From: Eledone cirrhosa
Taxonomy: Eukaryota
Direction of reading: 5' to 3'
DNA length: 64,000 nucleotides
Assembly: GCA_964016885.1 (NCBI GenBank)
Contig: OZ024740.1
Coordinates: 216,442,001 to 216,506,000, forward strand
Shown: piece by piece, positions 50,901-64,000 of the stretch
How positions within the stretch are numbered: position 1 is the first letter of the stretch
Layout of the letters: every line of letters begins with the position of its first letter
Translations under genes and position numbers: made by a program
Notes under the pieces: model-generated
The model's database searches: none
What the model saw: the letters and a program-made list of their open reading frames with translations, nothing else
Told to the model about the DNA's origin: nothing

Positions 50901-53900
50901 AACAGTAACAACAACAGTAGTAAATACAACAGTAACAACAACAACAGTAACAACAACAGTAGTAAATACAACAATAGTAACAACAACAGTAGTAAATACA
51001 ATAGTAACAACAACAACAATAGTAACAACAACAACAGTAACAGCAACAGTAGTAAATACAACAACAGTAACAACAACAACAGTAGTAAATACAACAGTAA
51101 CAACAACAGTAGTAAATACAACAACAGTAACAACAACAACAGTAGTAAATACAACAGTAACAACAACAGTAGTAAATACAACAACAGTAACAACAACAGT
51201 AGTAAATACAACAGTAACAACAACAGTAGTAAATACAACAACAGTAACAACAACAACAGTAGTAAATACAACAACAGTAACAACAACAACAGTAGTAAAT
51301 ACAACAGTAACAACAACAGTAGTAAATACAACAACAGTAACAACAACAGTAGTAAATACAACAGTAGTAAATACAACAACAGTAACAGCAACAGTAGTAA
51401 ATACAAAAATAGTAACAACAACAGTAGTAAATACAACAACAGTAACAACAACAACAGTAGTAAATACAACAGTAACAACAACAACAGTTGTAAATACAAT
51501 AGTAACAACAGTAGTAAATACAACAACAGTAACACAACAGCAGTAAATACAACAACAGTAACAACAACAACAGTAGTAAATACAACAACAGTAACAACAA
51601 CGGTAGTAAATACAACAACAGTAACAACAACAGTAGTAAATACAACAACAGTAACAACAACAGTAACAACAACAGTAGTAAATACAACAGTAACAACAAC
51701 AACAGTAACAACAACAGTAGTAAATACAACAACAGTAACAGCAACAGTAGTAAATACAACAACAGTAACACAACAGCAGTAAATACAACAACAGTAACAA
51801 CAACAACAGTAACAACAACAGTAGTAAATACAACAATAGTAACAGCAACAGTAGTAAATACAACAACAGTAACAACAACAGTAGTAAATACAACAACAGT
51901 AACAACAACAGTAGTAAATACAACAACAGTAACAACAACAGTAACAACAACAGTAGTAAATACAACAATAGTAACAGCAACAGTAGTAAATACAACAATA
52001 GTAACAACAACAGTAGTAAATACAACAATTGTAACAACAACAGTAGTAAATACAATAGTAACAACAACAGTAGTAAATACAACAATTGTAACAACAACAG
52101 TAACAACAACAGTAGTAAATACAACAACAGTAACAACAACAGTAGTAAATACAACAATAGTAACAACAACAGTAGTAAATACAACAACAGTAACAACAAC
52201 AGTAGTAAATACAACAATAGTAACAACAGTAGTAAATACAACAGTAACAACAACAGTAGTAAATACAACAACAGTAACAACAACAGTAGTAAATACAACA
52301 ATAGTAACAACAACAGTAGTAAATACAATAGTAACAACAACAGTAGTAAATACAACAACAGTAACAACAACAGTAGTAAATACAACAATAGTAACAACAA
52401 CAGTAGTAAATACAACAATAGTAACAACAACAGTAGTAAATACAACAATAGTAACAACAACAGTAGTAAATACAATAGTAACAACAGTAGTAAATACAAC
52501 AGTAGTAAATACAACAGTAACAACAACAGTAGTAAATACAACAGTAGTAACAACAACAGTAGTAAATACAACAATAGTAACAACAACAGTAGTAAATACA
52601 ACAATAGTAACAACAGTAGTAACAACAACAATAGTAACAACAACAGTAGTAAATACAACAATAGTAACAACAGTAGTAACAACAACAATAGTAAATACAA
52701 CAGTAACAACAACAACAGTAACAACAACAGTAGTAACAACAACAGTAGTAAATACAACAGTAACAACAACAGTAGTAAATACAACAACAGTAACAACAAC
52801 AGTAACAACAACAACAGTAACAACAACAACAGTAACAACAACAGTAACAACAACAGTAGTAAATACAACAACAGTAACAACAACAATAGTAACAACAACA
52901 GTAACAACAACAGTAACAACAACAGTAACAACAACAATAGTAACAACAACAGTAACAACAACAATAGTAACAACAGTAGTAACAACAACAATAGTAACAA
53001 CAACAACAGTAACAACAATAGTAACAACAACAACAGTAACAACAGTAACAACAACAACAGTAACAACAACAGTAACAACAACAACAGTAACAACAACAAC
53101 AACAATAGTAACAACAACAACAACAGTAACAACAGTAACAACAACAACAACAATAGTAACAACAACAGTAACAACAACAACAGTAACAACAACAGTAACA
53201 ACAGTAGTAACAACAACAACAATAGTAACAACAACAACAGTAACAACAACAACAGTAGTAAATACAACAACAGTAACAACAACAGTAGTAAATACAACAA
53301 CAGTAACAACAACAGTAGTAAATACAACAACAGTAACAACAACAGTAGTAAATACAACAACAGTAACAACAACATTAGTAAATACAACAACAGTAACAAC
53401 AACAGTAGTAAATACAACAATAGTAACAACAACAGTAGTAAATACAACAGTAACAACAACAGTAGTAAATACAACAGTAACAACAACAGTAGTAAATACA
53501 ACAATAGTAACAACAACAGTAGTAAATACAATAGTAACAACAACAACAATAGTAACAACAACAACAGTAACAGCAACAGTAGTAAATACAACAACAGTAA
53601 CAACAACAACAGTAGTAAATACAACAGTAACAACAACAGTAGTAAATACAACAACAGTAACAACAACAACAGTAGTAAATACAACAGTAACAACAACAGT
53701 AGTAAATACAACAACAGTAACAACAACAGTAGTAAATACAACAGTAACAACAACAGTAGTAAATACAACAACAGTAACAACAACAACAGTAGTAAATACA
53801 ACAACAGTAACAACAACAACAGTAGTAAATACAACAGTAACAACAACAGTAGTAAATACAACAACAGTAACAACAACAGTAGTAAATACAACAACAGTAA

Positions 53901-56685
53901 CAGCAACAGTAGTAAATACAAAAATAGTAACAACAACAGTAGTAAATACAACAACAGTAACAACAACAACAGTAGTAAATACAACAGTAACAACAACAAC
54001 AGTTGTAAATACAATAGTAACAACAGTAGTAAATACAACAACAGTAACACAACAGCAGTAAATACAACAACAGTAACAACAACAACAGTAGTAAATACAA
54101 CAACAGTAACAACAACGGTAGTAAATACAACAACAGTAACAACAACAGTAGTAAATACAACAACAGTAACAACAACAGTAACAACAACAGTAGTAAATAC
54201 AACAGTAACAACAACAACAGTAACAACAACAGTAGTAAATACAACAACAGTAACAGCAACAGTAGTAAATACAACAACAGTAACACAACAGCAGTAAATA
54301 CAACAACAGTAACAACAACAACAGTAACAACAACAGTAGTAAATACAACAATAGTAACAGCAACAGTAGTAAATACAACAACAGTAACAACAACAGTAGT
54401 AAATACAACAACAGTAACAACAACAGTAGTAAATACAACAACAGTAACAACAACAGTAACAACAACAGTAGTAAATACAACAATAGTAACAGCAACAGTA
54501 GTAAATACAACAATAGTAACAACAACAGTAGTAAATACAACAATTGTAACAACAACAGTAGTAAATACAATAGTAACAACAACAGTAGTAAATACAACAA
54601 TTGTAACAACAACAGTAACAACAACAGTAGTAAATACAACAACAGTAACAACAACAGTAGTAAATACAACAATAGTAACAACAACAGTAGTAAATACAAC
54701 AACAGTAACAACAACAGTAGTAAATACAACAATAGTAACAACAGTAGTAAATACAACAGTAACAACAACAGTAGTAAATACAACAACAGTAACAACAACA
54801 GTAGTAAATACAACAATAGTAACAACAACAGTAGTAAATACAATAGTAACAACAACAGTAGTAAATACAACAACAGTAACAACAACAGTAGTAAATACAA
54901 CAATAGTAACAACAACAGTAGTAAATACAACAATAGTAACAACAACAGTAGTAAATACAACAATAGTAACAACAACAGTAGTAAATACAATAGTAACAAC
55001 AGTAGTAAATACAACAGTAGTAAATACAACAGTAACAACAACAGTAGTAAATACAACAGTAGTAACAACAACAGTAGTAAATACAACAATAGTAACAACA
55101 ACAGTAGTAAATACAACAATAGTAACAACAGTAGTAACAACAACAATAGTAACAACAACAGTAGTAAATACAACAATAGTAACAACAGTAGTAAATACAA
55201 CAATAGTAACAGCAACAGTAGTAAATACAACAATAGTAACAACAACAGTAGTAAATACAACAATAGTAACAACAACAGTAGTAAATACAACAATAGTAAC
55301 AACAACAGTAGTAACAACAACAATAGTAACAGCAACAGTAGTAAATACAACAATAGTAACAACAACAGTAACAACAACAGTAGTAACAGCAACAACAGTA
55401 ACAACAACAGTAGTAACAACAACAACAGTAACAACAACAGTAGTAACAACAACAACAGTAACAACAACAGTAGTAAATACAACAACAATAGTAAATACAA
55501 CAACAGTAACAACAACAGTAGTAACAGCAACAACAGTAACAACAACAGTAGTAACAACAACAACAGTAACAACAACAATAGTAACAACAACAGTAGTAAA
55601 TACAACAACAGTAACAACAACAACAGTAACAACAACAGTAACAACAACAGTAGTAAATACAACAATAGTAACAACAACAGTAGTAAATACAACAGTAGTA
55701 AATACAACAACAGTAACAACAACAGTAGTAAATACAACAGTAGTAAATACAACAATAGTAACAACAACAGTAGTAACAACAACAATAGTAACAACAACAG
55801 TAGTAAATACAACAATAGTAACAACAGTAGTAAATACAACAATAGTAACAGCAACAGTAGTAAATACAACAATAGTAACAACAACAGTAGTAAATACAAC
55901 AATAGTAACAACAACAGTAGTAACAACAACAATAGTAACAGCAACAGTAGTAAATACAACAATAGTAACAACAACAGTAACAACAACAGTAGTAACAGCA
56001 ACAACAGTAACAACAACAGTAGTAACAACAACAACAGTAGTAACAACAACAACAGTAACAACAACAGTAGTAACAACAACAGTAGTAAATACAACAACAG
56101 TAACAACAACAGTAACAACAACAGTAGTAACAGCAACAACAGTAACAACAACAGTAGTAACAACAACAGTAACAACAACAATAGTAACAACAACAGTAGT
56201 AAATACAACAGTAACAACAACAACAGTAACAACAACAGTAGTAAATACAACAATAGTAACAAGAACAGTAGTAAATACAACAATAGTAACAACAACAGTA
56301 GTAAATACAACAACAGTAACAACAACAGTAGTAAATACAACAGTAGTAAATACAACAATAGTAACAACAACAGTAGTAACAACAACAGTAGTAAATACAA
56401 CAGTAACAACAACAGTAACAACAGTAGTAACAGCAACAACAGTAACAACAACAGTAGTAACAACAACAACAGTAACAACAGCAATAGTAACAACAATAGT
56501 AACAACAACAACAGTAACAACAACAGTAGTAACAACAACAACAGTAACAACAACAACAGTAACAACAACAGTAGTAACAACAACAGTAGTAAATACAACA
56601 GTAATAACAACAACAACAGTAACAACAACAGTAGTAAATACAACAGTAACAACAACAACAACAGTAACAACAACAACAGTAGTAA
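47950..56685. repeat. 8.7-kb (AAC)n-derived satellite with higher-order structure
   Basis: Units built from ACA/GTA/AAT/ATA/GCA triplets; rare variants recur ~2.5 kb apart. Confidence 0.95.
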
Positions 56686-56804
56686 GTCCAAGAGAAATAA
56701 GGTGTAGTCAAAGTAAAACCAATGACAAACAACTTTAATATAATAACTGCAGCTGTCATAACAACAACTTCAATATTGGTAATAAAAACAACATAATTAT
56801 AGTG

Positions 56805-58197
56805 ATTATGATGCTGTTGTTATTGGTGATGGTGTTGTTGATGGTGAGAATATTGGTGATGGTGATGGTGATGGTGAGAATATTGGTGTTGGTGATGGTG
56901 TTGTTGATGGTGAGAATATTGGTGATGGTGATGGTGAGAATATTGGTGTTGGTGATGGTGTTGTTGATGATGTTGATGGTGATGGTGAGAATATTGGTGT
57001 TGGTGATGGTGTTGTTGATGATGTTGATGGTGATGGTGAGAATATTGGTGTTGGTGATGGTGTTGTTGATGGTGATGGTGAGAATATTGGTGATGGTGAG
57101 AATATTGGTGTTGCTGATGGTGTTGTTGATGGTGATGGTGAGAATATTGGTGTTGTTGATGGTGTTGGTGATGATGTTGGTGTTGGTGATGGTGAGAATA
57201 TTGGTGTTAGTGATGGTGATGGTGATGGTGAGAATATTGGTGTTGGTGTTGGTGATGGTGAGAATATTGGTGTTGGTGATGGTGATGATGTTGGAGATGG
57301 TGTTGATTGTGATGATGGTGTTGTTGTTATTGATGTTGATGATGATAATATTGATGATGGTATTGTTGATTGTGATGGTGGTGTTGATGGTGGTGTTGTT
57401 ATCGATGATGATGGTGTTATTGGTGATGGTGGTGGTGGTGTTATTGATGATGTTGGTGATGGTGGTGTTTTTATTGACGATGATGGTGTTATTGGTGGTG
57501 GTGTTATTAATGATGGTGGTGGTGGTGTTATTGATGGTGATGGTGTTGGTATTGATGGTGATGGTGTTATTGTTGATGGTCATGATGGTGTTATTGATGA
57601 TGGTGGTGATAGTGATGTTATTGTTATTGATGATGATGGTGATAGTGATGTTATTGATGATGGTGATGTTATTGTTATTGATGATGGTGGTGATAGTAAT
57701 GTTATTGATGATGATGATGGTGGTGATAGTGATGTTATTGTTGATTGTCATGATGATAATATTGATGATGGTGGTGAGGTTGTTATGGATGATGGTGATG
57801 ATGATGTTATTGATGATAATAATATTACTGCTGATGATAATTATATTAATGATGGTGGTGATGATGATGATATCGAGGATGATGTCGGTAGTATTGATGA
57901 TGCTGCTGATGAGAATGGTGGTGGTATTGATGGTGGTGATGATAATGGTGGTTGTATTGATGATGATGGTGGTGGTGGTATTGATGATGGTGATGATGAT
58001 GGTTGTATTGATGATGGTGATGATGGTGGTTGTATTGATGATGATGGTGATGATGGTGGTATTGATGATGGTGGTGGTATTGATGATGGTGGTTGTATTG
58101 GTATTGATGGTGATGGTGATGATGGTAGTGGTATTGATGATGATGGTGATGGTGGAATTGATGACGGTGGTGGTGGTAGTGGTGTTGATGATGATGT
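56805..58197. repeat. (GAT/GGT/GTT)n low-complexity tract
   Basis: Direct inspection; 'gatggtgagaatattggtg' repeated in the first third. Confidence 0.9.
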
Positions 58198-58639
58198 TTC
58201 TTTAACTATTGTCTCCAGGCTCTCCATCCATCCTGGAGGATAAGAAATTTTAAAAACAATTTAAGGAAGCCCCAGTGAGAACTTAACTGATCATTGGCCC
58301 TTATTTTGGGGATAACTGGTAATAGCAATCTCTGGGATTTGAACTCAGAGTAAAGAACTGCCACTCTATCACTCCTGGTGATATTACTGGTATCTTATTT
58401 GTACAAGGTCATATAGAATATTACTGGTACTGTTGTCTATTGAGGAAGGTGTACTTATAAAGGAACATAAAACACTTAACTTTAGTCAAAGAAGGTCAAC
58501 TCAGAATTTTATAAAGCGTTATTTTATTTCAACCCATGCAAGCATGGAAAAATGGACGTAAAAATGATGATGATGCTTGTTAATGGTGATGTTTGTTCAT
58601 TGTGTAAAATATTCTATGGGGTGACACTACCACTGTCTA

Positions 58640-59695
58640 CCAAGAACAACATTGCCAACAACAACATCAGCAAAGAACAACATTGCCAACAACAACATCA
58701 GCACTACGAAGACCACACCAGAATCAACACCACCACCACCCACCATCAACACCACCACCCACCACCCACCATCAACAACAACCCCACAACCATTACCAGC
58801 ACCACTAGCAACATCATCAACAACAACTCCACCACCACCATCAACAAGAGCACCAACCCCACCACCGTCACCACTAACAACTGCAGAAATAATGTTAATC
58901 AAAACAAAAAAATAATTGCTGCAGGAGTAATAAGAAGACAACACTAACAACAACAACAACAGTAAAAACCACCGCATGATGTATATAACAACAGTAAAAT
59001 GATGTTTATAACAACAGTAACAACAATAACAGCAACAACAGTAACAATAACAACCATAGTAACAACAGCAACAATAGTAACAGCAACAACAGCAACAATA
59101 GTAACAACAGCAACAATAGTAACAACAACAACAGTAACAACAGCGACAGTAACAACAGCAACAGTAACAACAGTAACAACAACAACAGCAATAGTAACAA
59201 CAACAACAGCAATAGTAACAACAACAACAGTAACAACAACAATAGTAACAACAGCAACAGTAACAATAGTAATAACAACAACAACAACAACAATAGTAAC
59301 AACAACAACAGTAACAACAGCAACAGTAACAACAACAACAGTAACAACAAGAACAGTAACAACAGCAACAGTAACAACAACAACAGCAACAATAGTAACA
59401 GCAACAACAACAGTAACAACAGCAACAGTAACAACAACAACAGTAACAGCAACAGTAACAACAGCAACAACAGTAACAACAACAGCAACAACAACAACAA
59501 CAGTAACAGCAACAACAGTAACAACAGCAACAGCAACAACAATAGTAACAACAACAACAGCAACAATAGTAACCGCAACAACAGCAACAGTAACAACAGC
59601 AACAATAGTAACAGCAACAACAGCAACAGTAACAACAGCAACAGTAACAACAGCAACAATAGTAACAGCAACAACAGTAACAACAACAGTAACAT
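58640..59695. repeat. (CAA/CAC)n and (ACA/GCA/GTA)n tracts
   Basis: Direct inspection. Confidence 0.9.
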
Positions 59696-60060
59696 GATGT
59701 TTATAATAGCTGCAGTATTAACGTCCTTTCTCTCTGCTGGTTGGTAATTTCTTTTTAGTGTTATTGTTAAGACCACCCAACCAACCCTTTCACCCCTCCC
59801 TCGTTTGATTAGGGCTGATAACAACAACAACAGTTACTGCAGGTGAGTCAACAACACTGTTAGCTACAACAACAACTAAGTATAGTCAACAACAACGACT
59901 TCAATAACAACAACTACAATGATAACAGCTACAACAACAACAAACGATCGATGTCAGGTTGAACAACAATAATTATGAGTTAACTGAAACATCAACAGCT
60001 TCATCAACAATAACAACTTTAATACAATAACAACTGTTTCTAGTAGTAGTAGTAGTAGTA

Positions 60061-61085
60061 GCAACGACTGGTTCTGGCAATAACAACGACTGTTTCTGGC
60101 AATAACAACGACTGGTTCTGGCAATAACAACGACTGGTTCTGGCAATAACAACAACTGTTTCTTGCAATAACAACGACTGGTTCTGGCAATAACAACAAC
60201 TGTTTCTGGCAGTAACAACAACTGTTTCTGGCAATAACAACGACTGTTTCTGGCAATAACAACGACTGGTTCTGGCAGTAACAACAACTGGTTCTGGCAA
60301 AAACAACAACTGGTTCTGGCAGTAACAACAACTGTTTCTGGCAGTAACAACAACTGGTTCTAGCAATAACAACAACTTTTTCTGGCAATAACAACAACTG
60401 GTTCAGGCAGTAACAACAACTGTTTCTGGCAAAAACAACAACTGGTTCTGGCAGTAACAACAACTGTTTCTGGCAGTAACAACAACTGGTTCTAGCAATA
60501 ACAACAACTTTTTCTGGCAATAACAACAACTGGTTCAGGCAGTAACAACAACTGTTTCTGGCAATAACAACGACTGTTTCTGGCAATAACAACGACTGGT
60601 TCTGGCAGTTACAACAACTGGTTCTGGCAAAAACAACAACTGGTTCTGGCAGTAACAACAACTGGTTCTAGCAATAACAACAACTTTTTCTGGCAGTAAC
60701 AACAACTGGTTCTGGCAGTAACAACAACTGGTTCTGGCAATAACAACAACTTTTTCTGGCAATAACAACAACTGGTTCTGGCAATAACAACAACTGGTTC
60801 TAGTAGGAGTAGCAACGACTTCTCCTGGCAATAACAACAACTGTTTCTTGCAATAACAACGACTGGTTCTGGCAATAGCAACAAATGGTTCTGGCAATAA
60901 CAATAACTGGTTCTGGAAATAACAACTGTTTCTGGGAATATCAACAACTGGTTCTGGAAATAACAACAATAACAGCTGTTTCTAACAATAATAACAACTG
61001 GTTCTAGCAATAACAACAACAACAGCTGTTTCTAGCAATAACAACTGTTTCTGGCAAAAACAACAACAGCTGTTTATAGCAATAA
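60061..61085. repeat. 22-bp minisatellite (ac(g/a)actg(g/t)ttctggca(a/g)taaca), ~45 copies
   Basis: Period 22 (60064 to 60086). Confidence 0.93.
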
Positions 61086-61204
61086 TTGTTTCTACTTTTG
61101 GGACAAGGCCATCAATCACCCAGTGTATTACTGGTACTTTATTTTATCGACCCCGTAAAGATGAAAGGCAAAGTTAACCTCGGCGGGATTTGAACTCAGA
61201 CCGC
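61083..61204 (-). mobile_element. SINE family B, 5'-truncated
   Basis: Matches 2680-2800 and 42938-43050. Confidence 0.85.
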
Positions 61205-61695
61205 TAATAACAACTCTCCTTTCTCACATCTCTCTCTCTCTTGTTTCTCATCTCTCTCTCTCTCTCTCATCCCTATCTCTCTCTCATCCCAATCTCTTTC
61301 TCTCATCCTATCTCTCTCATGTCTCTCTCTCTGTCTCTCCTTACTCACACTCCCCTCTCTATCTATCTATCTTATGTCTCTCTTTATCTCTATTTTATCT
61401 TATATCTCTCTCTATATATATATCTTGTCTCTCTCTCTCTCTCTATCCTATGTCTCTCACTCTCTCTGTTTATCTATCAATCTATCTTATGTCTCCCTCT
61501 CTCTATCTTACCCTCTCCCCCTCTCAGGAGTTTGGGTCTAAATAATGTTGTTTGGAATATGATGATGTTTCCTGCTGGCTGGAGTGAGTGAGAGAGAGAA
61601 AGAGTGAGTGGGAGAAAGAGAATTAGAGAGAGAGAGAGACTGTGTGGGGGGAGGGCAGTTGTTTATTATCTAAAGCACACAAGTAAACAAACAAG

Positions 61696-62668
61696 AACTA
61701 CCACCACCTACACCACTACTACCACCACTTATACTACCACCTACACCACTACTACCACCAATACCACTACTACAACTGCTACTACCACCACCACTACAAC
61801 TGTTACTACTACCACTCTACCACTCCTACTACTACCACTACTACTACCACCACTTATACTACCACCTACACCATTACTACCACCAATACCACTACTACAA
61901 CTGCTACTACCACCACCATTACAACTGTTACTACTACCACTCTACCACTCCTACTACTACCACCACTTATACTACAACCTACACCATTACTACCACCAAT
62001 ACCACTACTACTACCACCACCACTACAACTGTTACTACTACCACTCTACCACTCCTACTACTACCACTACTACTACCACCACTTATACTACCACCTACAC
62101 CACTACTACCACCAATACCACTACTACAACTGCTACTACCACCACCACTACAACTGTTACTACTACCACTCTACCACTACTACCACTACTACTACCACCA
62201 CTTATACTACCACCTACACCATTACTACCACCAATACCACTACTACAACTGCTACTACCACCACCACTACAACTGTTACTACTACCACTCTACCACTCCT
62301 CCTACTACCACCACTTATACTACAACCTACACCATTACTACCACCAATACCACTACTACTACCACCACCACCACTACAACTGTTACTACTACCACTCTAC
62401 CACTCCTACCACTACTACTACCACCACTTATACTACCACCTACACCATTACTACCACCAATACCACTACGACAACTGCTACTACCACCACCACTACAACT
62501 GTTACTACTACCACTCTACCACTCCTACTACCACCACTACTACTACCACCACTTATACTACAACCTACACCATTACTACCACCAATACCACTACTACAAC
62601 TGCTACTACCACAACTACTCCTACCACCACCACTACTACTACTACCACTCCTACCACCACCCCTACAG
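61696..62668. repeat. (ACT/ACC)n-derived higher-order repeat, ~115-125-bp unit, ~8 copies
   Basis: Marker 'accacttatactac(c/a)acctacacc' recurs 8 times; the reading phase shifts each unit. Confidence 0.9.
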
Positions 62669-62757
62669 TATCCCCTTATCCACCCCTGTTGAGGTAGGAA
62701 ATATAAGAAATATAAATTGACATTCATCATTTATCATGGTAGATTCAGCTGTTTACT

Positions 62758-64000
62758 CCCTCTTCCTACCTCTCTCTCTCTCTCTCTTCCTACCTCTCTC
62801 TCTCTCTTTTCCTACCTCTCTCTCTCTCTCTTCCTACCTCTCTCTCTCTCTCTTCCTACCTCTCTCTCTCTCTCTCTTCCTACCTCTCTCTCTTCCATTT
62901 TCCCACTTCTCTCTCTCCCTTTCCTCTCTTTCTCTCTCTCTTTCTCTCTTCCCTTCATACTCCCCCCCCTTTCTCTTCCGCCTCTCTCTCTCTTCCCTCC
63001 ATATCTCACCCTCTCTCTCTTCCATCCTTTCTATATTATCTTCACTCCTCCCATCATCTCACATTTATTTTTATTGTATGTTATATACATTGTTTATCAG
63101 TTTTTTTTCCTTTGATAAGTGTTGTTGTTTTGTTGTGTTGTGGTGGTGTGTTGTTGTGGTGGTGTGTTGTTGTAGTGGTGTGTTGTTGTTTTGTTGTGTT
63201 GTTGTGGTGGTGTGTTGTTGTTTTGTTGTGGTGGTGTGTTGTTGTGTTGTAATGTTTTGTTGTGTTGTTTTGTTGTGATGTGTTGTTGTTTTGTTGTGTT
63301 GTTTTGTTGTGATGTGTTGTTGTTTTGTTGTGTTGTTTTCTTGTGATGTTGCATTGTATTGTTTTGTTGTGATGTTGTGTTGTATTGTTTTGTTGTGTTG
63401 TTTTGTTGTGATGTTGTGTTGTTTTCTTGTGATGTTGTGTTGTATTTTTTTGTTGTGATGTTTTGTTGTGTTGTTTTGTTGTGTTGTGTTGTTGTGTTGT
63501 TTTGTTGTGTTGTTTTGTTGTGATGTTGTGTTGTTTTGTTGTGATGTTGTGTTGTATTTTTTTGTTGTGATGTTTTGTTGTGATGTGTTGTGATGTTGTG
63601 TTGTTGTTTTGTTGAGATGTTGTGGTGTTGTTGTTGTGATGGTGTTGTGTTGTTGTTTTGTTGTGATGTGGTGTTGTTGTTGTGATGTTGGTGATGTTGT
63701 CATAGGTGGATGGTGTTTATTGATGGTTATGAAGTTGATGTTGTTGCTGGTTGTGGTGATATAGTAGTGGGAGGGGGGAGGGTGTAGTGTTTTTTGTGTT
63801 AATTTAATGTTGGCAATGTGTTAATATTGGTAGTGGTGTTGTGTTATTTATGTTGTTAGTGGTGTAGTGCTTGTGTTGTTGATGGTCATGATGTCTGTGT
63901 TGTAGTGGGTGTGTTGGTGTTGTGTTGTTGTTGTTGGTTGTGTTGTTAATGATACTGTTACCACTGGTTGTGGTGTTAGTGTGTTGGTGTTGGTAGTAGT
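62758..64000. repeat. CT-rich tract (62758-63060) and GTT/GTG-rich tract (63120-64000)
   Basis: Direct inspection. Confidence 0.9.

Noticed and set aside
47790-56759. 2989-aa, 1953-aa, 1288-aa and 1200-aa ORFs (poly-L/C/Y, T/V, N/S)
   Set aside because: Stop-free frames of an (AAC)n-derived satellite, open on both strands, with phase breaks and no domain or splice context.
61529-61584. Possible plus-strand micro-exon (ctcAG ... GTGAGT)
   Set aside because: The splice-like signals derive from the flanking (CT)n and (GA)n tracts; no partner exon or homology.
56756-63703. M/V/L-, D/G-, T/P- and H-rich ORFs
   Set aside because: Trinucleotide and 22-bp tandem repeats; no coding signal.

Overview
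Eukaryotic, AT-rich and almost entirely repetitive window. The repeat families suggest a coleoid cephalopod, probably octopus (inference). No complete protein-coding gene, rRNA, true tRNA or CRISPR array is supported. Nearly all long ORFs in the track are artefacts of (TA)n, (AAC)n, (GAT)n and (ACT)n repeats. Contents: 5'-truncated RTE-clade LINEs (two carry a PHD-type C4HC3 finger inside the RT region; one is Expander/Rex3-like), two tRNA-derived SINE families, piggyBac- and mariner-like MITEs, many minisatellites, and two speculative minus-strand exons. The most interesting signal is hidden in the (TA)n tracts. At least six unrelated short elements carry minimal type-I hammerhead ribozyme (HHR) motifs, complete or partial, typically with a palindromic stem III, as known for Penelope-like elements. 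They include a 526-bp head-to-tail dimer with one HHR per unit (retrozyme/circRNA-like), fold-back copies, an HHR with a compensatory U3-A8 core, and a recurrent U.U at the base of stem II. All pairings were checked by eye; no activity or database match was tested.
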